The position numbers were made by a program, and so were the translations under genes. This document shows, one piece after another, positions 1-11,726 of a stretch of 64,000 bases of DNA (its first letter is position 1; each line of letters opens with the position of its first letter). The notes below the pieces were generated by a model. It did no database searches. It worked only from the letters and a program-made list of their open reading frames with translations, and was not told the DNA's origin. This DNA comes from Neocallimastix sp. 'constans'. Lineage: Eukaryota. The stretch spans positions 1 to 64,000 of the forward strand of contig JBODTK010000146.1 of assembly GCA_050613775.1 (NCBI GenBank), in the 5' to 3' direction.

Positions 1-2013
1 AATTGATAAAATATATATTAATTGTTAAGATATAATATTCTTCTGGTATTAAAGTCTTTGAACAATAAGTATATAAAATTAAATGTATATTTTTTTTATT
101 TTATTTTTTTTTTTTTTTTTAAAATATTAATGTATTACTCATTTATCATTAATTAATTTGGAGTTGATGAAGAAATTTTAACTCTTATATGTATATTATA
201 AACATTTAGTTGATATTATTATTTGTATTATTAGAATAATAATATAAATAATAATAACAATAAATTATTTTAATTATTTCGAATTGTATTAACCTTAGCC
301 ATTTTGTAAATTTAATTTATTATTTTAATATTTTTTAATGAATATTTATATTTTATTTTTTATTATTATAATAATAAAAATTCATAAAATATACTTAATT
401 TAATGTTAATAATTAATAAATAGAAAATATATTAATTTTGATTGGTTTTAAATTTTGATGTATAAAATTATTCATATTATATATTCATTCAATTCTACAT
501 TAAGATTACAGTTAACAGTGATGTTTATTATAACATTGAAATATCAAATTGGATACTTTTATATTATAATAGTAAAGCTTATTTAATAAAAAATAAGAAA
601 ATAGATAAATAAAATTGTAATTTTAAATTATTATGATTGATTTTATATTAAATATATAAAAGTAAGAAACAAATGCTTTTTCCAAAAAATAGAAATTTAT
701 TTTAAAAAAAACATTATTAGAATAAAATTATCCTCAAAGAATGAATATAGAATATATAATAATAAAATATATATATATATATATATATTTATTTTTTTGA
801 TATATAGCTTTAAAATCATGAAATTATATATTAATGGTATTTCATTATATTTTTATATTATTAGATATATAATTTAATAATAAAGTAAATAATTTTTAAT
901 TATAATTTATAAAATCATAAAATTATTAACACAAAAATATTATATATAAATATTTTGATTTATCATTTATATTATTATTCATATTTATTAATACTTACGA
1001 AGATAAATATTAAAATAAAATAAAATTTTTAATTTTATTTTATTTTTTTATTTTTATTTTTTTTATATTTATAAATACTTGATATTTAAAATAATTAAAA
1101 CTTTTCTTAACTGTAATAATTAAAATACATGTATATTATTCATATATTAAAATACTTGTTAAAGTTTATATTATTTTAATTATTATATTAAGAAAGAATT
1201 ATATTATTAATTATAATAAATATAATAAAAAAAAATGTATTACAAATTATAGTGAATTTTTAAAATAAATAATATTATCTATATTTATATAGATAATATT
1301 AAAGAATTTTTGTTTATAATTAATACTTTAATTTTAAAAAAAAATTTATTAACTAAGTTTATTTTATTAATGTTTATCTGCATTTTTTTTTTTTAATTTT
1401 AAAATTATTATTGTTTTATTAATGTGTGTTATAAATTTCTATTAAAATTCTACAATAATTTAAATAATAATACATAGTATCTTCTCTTATAAATAAGGAA
1501 AAAAAAAAACAATAAATATCAATACAATTATTAAAAGTAAGACAAATACAATGAAAAAAGTATATAAATCTTCTGCTCTTTTATTTGTAAAGAATATAAT
1601 TATTTTATTAATCAAAATTTTACTAGTTATTTTTATAACTAGTTAAAAATATCTATAAATATAAATAAAAATAAAAAAATTACATTTATTTTTAATATTA
1701 AATTTTAATATCAAATTATTACCTCTTACTTTATAATCACATAATTAATTATTATAAATTTCATTGAGATATTATTATCATAAAAATTTAATATTAAAAT
1801 AATTTAAAAATTTTTAATATAATTTTTTATTTTATAATTGATTAAAGACTTTTTATTTTATTTTCATTTTTATTCCATATATATAAATTACATACTAAAA
1901 TAAAAAAAAAAAAAAAAAAATACACCAATTTCAATGATAAAAATTTTATAAGTTAGTTTTAAAAAAAATTTTTTATACCAATTTATTATTAATATATATA
2001 TATTTGAATTTAA

Positions 2014-2056
<43 letters not shown>

Positions 2057-2202
2057 ATACATATGCTTAATATGCTTAATGATAATCTAATAATTGAATT
2101 ATTATTAGATTCATTTCTATAAAATAATAGAAAGTAATACTTTATATTATTTTATTTTTTATTTTATCATTTCTTTAAATACTATCAAGCATAATTATTA
2201 TT

Positions 2203-3387
2203 TTATAATTCAACTTTACACATTTCAAAATTAATTTCCTCACCACTTTTAGCATTTTGAATAGGAGTGTAATCATCAACATAGGTAGTAATATTTTTAT
2301 CATACATATTGAAACCATCATAATTTGGATATTCATCATGAGCAATCATCCAGAACATAATACCATTGTAATCATTATCAATTAAATTTTGCATATATTT
2401 TGGATAAATTTCATCACGCTTATCAAATGGAAGACCAAATTCTTCCATAATAATTGGTTTATTTAATTGCTTCTTAACAGCATTAGCATGACTTTCGATA
2501 TATTGAATTCCTTCGTTAACTAAATCTTTAAATCCCCAGTAGGTAGCGTAAAGATGAATAGTAGCAAAATCAATGTTTTCAAGTGAAGCATTCTTAACGA
2601 AATCATTACCATCACCAAATCCATAAATATCATTATCAGTATCAACACCAGCTAAACCGAAACCCTCTTCACCAGAACTAACCATATGTTCTGAATCAAT
2701 AGACTTAACAAAAGTAGACATTTCATCAATCCAAGAAGTAACAGTTTCAGTAGTACATTTTTCGTTTTTATCCATGTTGGTTCCCCAGCATCTTGGTTCA
2801 TTAGCTAATTCCCAAGAAAAGATGGTACCATCATCCTTATACTTTTTACCGGTGATGGTGTTAGTACGATTGATGATAGTTTCAACATATTTCTTATAAG
2901 ATTTCTTAATTTCTGGTTCAGTATAAAATTGATAATGTTCAGTGAAACCAAATTCTCTAACCCATTGTTCCATACCCCCGAAATCAGCCCAATTGTTAGT
3001 AAAAGCAATAATTAAACGAATATCATGTTGCTCAGCTAAAGCAATAACTTTATCAAGTCTTTGAAGACCATTTTCACCTTCGTTAACCTCAATTTCGCGA
3101 GTAACATTATTTAATGAAGTATAATAAACACCTTCTTCAATATAGGCCTCATCCATAAAAGCAAAAGTTCTTAAAACATTAAGATTGTGCTTCTTCGCTA
3201 TTTCGAAAATCTTTGGAGTAGCATATTCAATATCCTTATAATGAAGGTAATAATTATTACTACCTGTGAAATAGAATGTTCTTCCATCGAGGACAAACTT
3301 ATCACCACATCTCTTAACAATATCTAAAGAGTATGAAAATTTTGTTAATAAAGCAATACAGGTAGAAAATAAAAAGAAACCTTTCAT
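2203..3387 (-). CDS. Secreted glycoside hydrolase family 5 endo-beta-1,4-mannanase (GH5_7-like), no dockerin/CBM
   Basis: Intronless 394-aa ORF with an N-terminal signal-like segment (MKGFFLFSTCIALL). Carries GSNNYYL, NNWADFGGM, the acid/base motif WELANEPR, GEEGF, TIHLY and the nucleophile motif MEEFG typical of GH5 mannanases. Confidence 0.92.
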   Translation of the reverse strand: MKGFFLFSTCIALLTKFSYSLDIVKRCGDKFVLDGRTFYFTGSNNYYLHYKDIEYATPKIFEIAKKHNLNVLRTFAFMDEAYIEEGVYYTSLNNVTREIEVNEGENGLQRLDKVIALAEQHDIRLIIAFTNNWADFGGMEQWVREFGFTEHYQFYTEPEIKKSYKKYVETIINRTNTITGKKYKDDGTIFSWELANEPRCWGTNMDKNEKCTTETVTSWIDEMSTFVKSIDSEHMVSSGEEGFGLAGVDTDNDIYGFGDGNDFVKNASLENIDFATIHLYATYWGFKDLVNEGIQYIESHANAVKKQLNKPIIMEEFGLPFDKRDEIYPKYMQNLIDNDYNGIMFWMIAHDEYPNYDGFNMYDKNITTYVDDYTPIQNAKSGEEINFEMCKVEL

Positions 3388-4284
3388 TTTAATTTATAAT
3401 ATATTTTTAATTTAAAAAAAATTATTTTGAATGTTAATCTATAAATAAATATATGTATATATATTTTATTTTATTATACTTTTTCTTTTTATTTTATTTT
3501 ATTTTTTTTATAGGAAAAAGATATGTATTTATACTAATAAAAAAAAAATGATATTAAATATATATATATTTTTTTAAAAAAAAAAGAATTTTAAATTAAT
3601 TTATTACTATTAAATCTATTAATACTCAAATAATCCATTTTATATATAGTATTTTTATTAATATATAACTTTTTCTTTATAAATAAGAATTATTTTTAAT
3701 TTGATGACATTGTTATTGTTATTTAATAATATTAGAGAGTATATAAATAAAATAAATTAAAAATTTAATTGTTAAAATTTTTAAATTAATATTGAGTATA
3801 AAATTATATCATAATAATAATAATAAAAAAAAGACAAGGAGATTAATTTTTTAATTTATTAAATAAATTTATTCTTCAAAGAATAAATGAATAAATGAAA
3901 TAAAATAATAATAAATAAAAATTAATAAAAAAAAAATAAAATAAAATAAAATTAATGGTTCGAAAATAAATTATTATTATTTTTTTAATAGTAAAAATAA
4001 ATTAATTAGTAACATTTTAAGGATGATTAAATTTTAATTCTAATTCTAATTCTAATAATAATAATAATAATAATAATTATAATAATAATAATAATAAAAG
4101 GAATTAAAAGGAATTGAACTTTTTGCAATTGAATTAATGTATTAATAATAATTTTATTAAAAAAAGGGAAAAAAAGGAAAAAAAAGGAAAAAAAGGACTC
4201 AGAATGAGTAATTAAATTAATTATTAAAAAAATAAAAATAAAAATAAAATAAAAATAAAAATAAAAATTAAAAAAAAAATAAAA

Positions 4285-4585
4285 ATAAAATAAAATAATA
4301 ATTATTATATTAATTAAATGGAATTTTTATTTTTATTAATAAAAAGAGTTTTAAAATTAAATAAGAATTATATTATAAATATTACTTAATTGATACACAA
4401 AACAAATGTTTCTATAAATTTTGATAAAAAATAAAATAAAAATAAAATAAAATAAAATAAAAATTATTATATTAATTAAATGGAATTTTTATTTTTATTA
4501 ATAAAAAGAGTTTTAAAATTAAATAAGAAATATATTAAAAACATAACTTGATACACAAAAAAAAATATTTCTATAAATTTTGATT
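4285..4585. repeat. Tandem duplication, ~150-bp unit, 2 copies
   Basis: The block attattatattaattaaatggaatttttattttt...ttgatacacaaaa...tttctataaattttgat occurs at ~4300-4425 and again at ~4463-4584. Confidence 0.85.
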
Positions 4586-4721
4586 TAAGTGTAACATTTT
4601 TATTATTTTATATCATTTAAATTTTTTTAATCTCTATTAATATATAATAATTTATTTTTATATTTAGCTAAATTAAAATATATTATATTTTTTTTAAATT
4701 TAAAGAAGAAATTTTAATTTT

Positions 4722-4757
<36 letters not shown>

Positions 4758-5066
4758 TTATTATCTAAATTTAATAATTTATATTATTATATGAATTATT
4801 TAATTTTTTTTTTATCTAATTTTATTAATAAATTTTTATTAACAAATTCACCGTTTATTGAATGTTTAAATTTAAATTGCCATGAATTAGATTAAATATA
4901 TAAACATTAAACAAAAATATTCGTTTAAAATAACAATATAATATATTCCTATTAATATCGTTTTTTTAAAATATATTAATACGTTAAAAATTGGTTAAAA
5001 TATTTATTAAAAATAATAATATCATAATAATACCAATTATACTAATAAATAATAAATATTAACAAC

Positions 5067-5457
5067 TTTTAATAAAAAAAAGTTTAATAATATTCATTTG
5101 GTAAAGAAAGGAATAATAATTAATATATTTATATTTAATTACCAAAAATTAATGTATTTTAATAATTAAAAAACTTTCATTTGAACTTTTATATATTTTA
5201 TATAATATATATAATTATATTTTTATATATTTTTTTCTAATATATTAATATTTTTAAAAATATTGAAATATATATGGCTATTATTAATATTATAATAAAT
5301 ATATTTTATTGATTTATAATAATAAAAATAAAAAATTACATATATATTAATAAAAAAAAATATTTATATATAAAAATATATTAAATACATTAGTATTCAT
5401 TTTTGGTTATTATAAATTTACCAAAGGAATATTATTAAACTTTTTTTTTTATTAAAA
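5067..5457. repeat. Inverted-repeat (MITE-like/foldback) element
   Basis: 5067-5105 (ttttaataaaaaaaagtttaataatattcatttggtaaa) is a near-perfect reverse complement of 5417-5457. Weaker pairing continues inward (~5140-5165 with ~5380-5407) and outward. Confidence 0.65.
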
Positions 5458-6320
5458 TTTGGTAATAATTATTAGTATTATTAGTATTATGTTACTATTT
5501 TTAATTTTTTTTATTAGTATTATTATGTTACTATTTTTAATTTTTTTTAAAGTAATTTTTTATCCTAATATTTAAATATATTAAATAAATATAAAAAGAT
5601 ATAAAACTATATATTTATATCTTTTATTTTTTTTTATTTATAATTATTTATTGTTTTCTTTTTTTCTTTTTTTTTTCTTTTTCTTCTTTTTTTTTTTTTA
5701 ACTGATATATTTTGTAAACTTTTTATGTTATCTAATAAAATATTCAAAAATTTACAAATATGCTGAATCACATATTTGATTTATATCATAATCTTTATTA
5801 ATTTATATATTGTTAAAATGATAGTAAATAAGATTAAGTAAATAAGATTAAGCACATTATGCTTTATTATAAATAAAATTTATATAAATACATGTAATAA
5901 TTATTATTTTAAAAGGGATTCTTCTTTATTAAATAAAAAGATTATTATTAAAAAATTTAATAATAATTATAAAGAGTTTATTCAGAACTTCATATTTTTA
6001 AAAGATATATATATTTTTTAAAATTATATTTACTATATTGCCTAATTAAACTTTTAAAAAATAAAAAAAAAAAAAAAATTAAAAATATTTAATCAATAAT
6101 AATTAGTAAATAAAATTTAAATTACTGTATGAATACTATTTTCTAGTGTCATAATATATTTTAATATCAGTAATATATATATATTTAAAACTACTTTTTT
6201 TTTTTTTTTTTTTTTTTAAAGTAGTTTTATAAAATTAAAACAAAAATTTTATTAATAACATTTTCATCATTTTTTTTTTAAAAAAAAAAAAAGAAAAAGA
6301 TAAAGGATATAAAATTATAA

Positions 6321-6653
6321 AATATTAATAAATATTCTAGTAAAAATATATAATTACATAAATTATAAAATATATAATAAATCAATATTTATAAATTATT
6401 ATTTTTTTTATCTCTCTATTTTTTAATATAATTAGAAATAAATAAATGTAGAAATAATAGTGTATATAATAATAAAAGTAAATAAAATATTAATAAATAT
6501 TCTAGTAAAAATATATAATTACAATAATTATAAAATATATAATAAATCAATATTTATAAATTATTATTTTTTTTTTATCTCTCTATTTTTTAATATAATT
6601 AGAACTAAATAAATGTTGAAATAATAGTGTATATAATAATAAAAGTAAATAAT
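6321..6653. repeat. Tandem duplication, ~166-bp unit, overlapping the 3' end of the solute-binding protein gene
   Basis: 6321-6485 and ~6486-6653 are nearly identical. The second copy contains the last codons and the stop of the SBP gene. Confidence 0.85.
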
Positions 6654-7426
6654 CCAAAGAATGATTTTTTTGGATTAGATGAATTTATATTCAGATTTGA
6701 ATCATTTATTACATCTGTTAAAGATTTTTCTCCAAAGATATATTCATAAATATTTTTTCTAAAATCACTGGACCACTTACTATAAGTGGAACTATTTGGT
6801 CTTGTAACTACTTGTAAACTTTTGTAAAATGGACAGTCTACAACACTACAAACTTCTTTATCATCATATAAACTTGAAAGTGGAGAATTTAATCTTCTTT
6901 CTATTATAAGTATTTTTTGAATATAACTTGATATTATAAATTTAAATGCAGTAACCGAAGCTTCCTTCTTTTCATCCGTAATATGTTTGTTAATACCTAC
7001 ACTATATCCTCCTATTATGGATCCTGATATTCCTGATTTGCTACCTGGAAGAATGGTATAATCATAAGTATCATGAAATTTTGAGGCATACCATAATTTT
7101 GCAAAAATAAAGTTTTCATTAAATATATTTTCAAAAGTATAATATAAATTTGATTTAAAGACAAAATCTATTTTTAAATTTAATTCATAAAATGTATAGA
7201 AAAAATATAATTAATAAATTAATAAATTACAATATGATCAGTATTTATGTATTTATATTATATATGTTTTTTTAAATAATTAATATTATTATTATTATTA
7301 ATGCTATTTATTCTCTTACTGCTATTATTATAAATATTACTATTAGAATTAATATTATTATTATTATTATTAATTTTATAGTAATTTTTAATTAGCAATT
7401 ATAAAATACAATACCAATATGATATT

Positions 7427-7470
<44 letters not shown>

Positions 7471-7637
7471 ATTTATGATTTTCTTTCATACCTGATGATA
7501 TTTCATTTTTTATTTGTTTTAACTTTTTTAATGCATCTTTTATATTTTGACTCTGTAAATCTGGGAATGGTGAATCATGTTCATTTCGAAATGAATAAAT
7601 AAATTCATAAACGGAACATGTTCCTATTTCGGTATCT

Positions 7638-7672
<35 letters not shown>

Positions 7673-8793
7673 TTATTTCATTTTATTTTTAAATTTTTTA
7701 AATTTCATTTAATTTTGATTTTAATATTAATTTTATTAATTTTTAGCTACTTTCAAATAACTTTAGATTAATAAATAAATATAAATAAATATGTATTTAT
7801 AATTGATTATATATTAAATTTACCATGCAATAATCCATTATATCCAATTAAATTTGTATTATTATTTTCTCTTTCTTTGTTTAAAATATATTTTCCTGTT
7901 TCTAGTAGTTCATCCCATGTTTTTGGAATGACTTTATTGTATTTTTGTAATAATTTTACATTGTAATAAAGTGCAGTAACGTCAAAAGAAAATGGCTATT
8001 TAATTATTTTTTTTTTAAAAAAAAAAATAAAATGAGAAAAAAAAAAAAAGAAATATTACTAAATAAAAAGAATATTATTTTAATTTTTTTTTTTTTATAA
8101 AAATTTTTTATAAATTCATAGAATATAAAAATTATAAATATATAATAAATTAAATAAACAAAAAATAAAATATAATAAAATATAATAAAATATAATAAAT
8201 ATATAAATATATAAATAAATAAAAAAAAACATTTACAAATGCAACTAATTTGTTTTTATAATAACATGTTTGAAATATTTTAGAATTTTTATACATATCA
8301 ATATATTCTTTAGGTATATAATCATCTAAAATTAAAAAATCTGGTGCAAATTTACTTGTAAATATATTATCAAAAAAGATTATATCATATTTATCTGATC
8401 TCTTTGATAAAATATATTCTACTGATGATTCATAGTCAGTTACTCCAACGGTTGAATTTTCTTTCGATAAAAAATTCATTGCTAATGTAATATTTAAATT
8501 ATTATTAACTGAGTACTTATTAAATTCATCAATGATTTTATCATATGAAAACCTTCCACCATTTTCAGAATTTGCTAATATATAAATAGTTATTGTTTTT
8601 CCTATATCTAAAATATTTTATTTATTAATTTTCTATTTAGTAAAAATATAAAAAAATCTATATATATATATTTTTATATATATGGATGTAAATATTTTTT
8701 TATTTATATTTTATTATAATTATTATTATTATTATAATTATTACAGATAATGGATAAAAAATAAATTAGGAATGAAATAATTTTTACTTTCAT
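6605..8793 (-). CDS. Extracellular solute (sugar)-binding protein, bacterial ABC SBP-like fold, with signal peptide and C-terminal hydrophobic tail; 5 exons, ~432 aa
   Basis: Manually spliced exons 8793-8745, 8607-8237, 7995-7824, 7635-7492 and 7167-6605. All introns are GT..AG with compatible phases (1299 nt in total). Motifs include KYDIIFFD, LVAF-PFSFDVTALYYNVKLL, IPKTWDELLETGK and LPGSKSGISGSIIGGYSVGIN. The protein ends SFFGLFTFIIIYTIISTFI*. Confidence 0.85.
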
Positions 8794-9716
8794 CTTATTT
8801 ATTTAAAAATATATTTATATATTTAATGAAATTACTAATAATTTTATTGAAAAAATACTATTATATTTTTACTAAATTTTTAATAATTATTAAATATTTT
8901 TGTTTTTCACTAAATAGCAAAAATAAAATAAAATAAAATAAAATAAAATAAAATAAAATAAAAATAAAATAAAAAATAAAATAAAATAAAATAAAAAAAA
9001 AAATAAAATAAAATAAAATAAATAAAAATAATCCTCATTATTTTTATAATCTCTCATCTTAATATTTATATATTTTTTATTATTATTTTTATTACTTTTT
9101 AATCTCATTTTAATAATTAATAATTAAAATTATAATTTTTTAATAATTTATGTATAAAGTTTTTTGTTACCAACTATTGATACCTTCATAAATTTTTATA
9201 TTTAATTTTTAATAAATCAGAGGATATTTATAAATTAACAAAAATACTTTATTTTTTATTGTTTTATGAGACATAAAAATACATTATTATTTTCCAAAAA
9301 AAAAAAAAAAAAAAAAAAGAGACAGATTATAAACTTTAACTAATTAAGAAAAAAATTAAAATAAAATAAAAAATAATATAAAAAATAATATAAAAAATAA
9401 AAAAAATATATAATAAATCAATAATAAATATATAAGCTTTTTATAATACATAAAATTGTTATTAAATAAAATAAAATATGTGTAAATTAAAATATAAAAT
9501 AAAATTAAAAAATAGATTTTATTTTAAAATTATTATTTAAATTTAATTATATATATATATATAATTTATTCATAATATATATATATATATAAAACTATTT
9601 AATAATATTAATAATATATATATATAGTAAAATCAATAATATATATATATACTGTTTATAATGATACATACAATTAATAAAAAATATATGTAAATTATGT
9701 AAGAAAATTTAATAAC

Positions 9717-9950
9717 TTTTTTTTTTTTTTTTTTTTTTTATTATTATTATTTTTATTTCCGGTTTCTGGTGTATACCTCTCTTAGTTTTAGCCCCTTCCC
9801 CTTAAGGACAGTAGGAATATTGAGGTAGTTGCAACACTTCTTTATGTTTTTTGAATAGGCAGATAATATCCCTGTTGGACGGCCTTTCTGAGTGTTCAGC
9901 GTAGGTACTCTGAAATACATATTATTACTGAGAATTAGAATAATATACAT
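9717..9950 (-). mobile_element. Short poly(A)-tailed retroposon (SINE-like or 5'-truncated LINE end), copy 1
   Basis: GC-richer island ending, on the minus strand, in ...ggtatacaccagaaaccggaaataaaaataataat(A)n. Homologous to 10705-10836 in the opposite orientation. Confidence 0.55.
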
Positions 9951-10270
9951 ATAATTTGAGAAAATATATACCTGTAACCCTAACTACCATATTTTTTTTT
10001 TTTAAAAAAAAAAAAAAGAAAAAAAAAAAATACTCTTGTGGGGAAAACCTGGAAAATGGTCATCAAAGGGAGGGATCAAATCAGAAGCTTTTGGTATGAT
10101 AGCCCATGGATTTACATCAAGGATAGAACCAAGGTTCAATTAAAAATATATAACCTTTTTATAATAGATACATTTGTTATTGATTAAAATAAAATATATG
10201 TAAATTAAAATATAAAACAAAATTGAAAAACAGATATTGTTTTAAAATTAATATTTAAACTTAATTATCT

Positions 10271-10536
<266 letters not shown>

Positions 10537-10704
10537 ATATTTTAATTTAATATTAAAAATCATTAGATATATGATATATTTCCAACATTAGATAACTTAA
10601 AAATGTGGGGCGTTATATTACGAATTAATTTTTTATTTATAAGCCACGTTCCAAAATGTAACGTTCCAAAAATGCAGATATATTAAATATAGATATAATT
10701 AAAA

Positions 10705-10836
10705 TGCCTTCCAGTGTAGGGATAAATATCTGCCTATGCGAAAAGCATAAGGAAGTGTTGTGACTACCTCAATATTCCCACTGGGGACTAAAAATAAGGG
10801 TGGTATACATAGAAGTAAAAAAAAAAAAAAAAAAAA
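10705..10836 (+). mobile_element. Short poly(A)-tailed retroposon, copy 2
   Basis: gccttccagtgtagggataaatatctgcctat...gaagtgttgtgactacctcaatattcc...ggtatacatagaagt(A)n aligns with the reverse complement of ~9757-9885. Confidence 0.55.
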
Positions 10837-11134
10837 CATTATAATCATTATAAATAGGTCATTAATAATGACAAAAGAAATAATTATAAAAATTTTAATA
10901 TCAGTCAAATTACCAATGAAATGATTTCCATCATTTTTTAATATTTCATTGATTATTATATAAATATATATATATATATATTTTTTTTTTGAAATTAATA
11001 AAGTTTAATTTTTTGTTGGTAAAAAAAAATAACAATGTTATAAAAAAAAAAAAAAAAAAAATAAATATAATAATAATATATTAAGATTTTAATTAAATTT
11101 AGGTATAAATTTATGATTATTAAGAATATGGGTA

Positions 11135-11178
<44 letters not shown>

Positions 11179-11280
11179 TAAATTATAGCTTTTGATTCAT
11201 TCAAAGTTTAATAATTAAATCAATATGTATAAATATAATAAATTTTAAAATATACTGATTATTTTTATTATATTTAATTA

Positions 11281-11328
<48 letters not shown>

Positions 11329-11726
11329 TATACATATATATATTATATGTTAAAATTTATTAAACATTTTTTTTATATTATTTATTTTTAACAAAAACGT
11401 ATCATTAAACTTTAAACATATTGAATTTAATGAAATATATATTTTATTAAATTATTAATTTATTCATATAAATTTTTAATATTTATTTTTTTTTTTTTGT
11501 AGTGTAGGAAAAAACTTTATTAACTTCACATAAATTATTTTAAAACTATATTTTCATTATTATTTATTAAATCAAAATAAAAAAAAAAAAAAATAGATTT
11601 TTATTTTTTAAAATTATAAATAAATAAATAAATAAAAAATAGATTTTTATTTTTAAAATTATATATTAATAAAAATATATATATATATATTTATTTTTTT
11701 TTTTTGTGTTATATTATACTTTTTTT

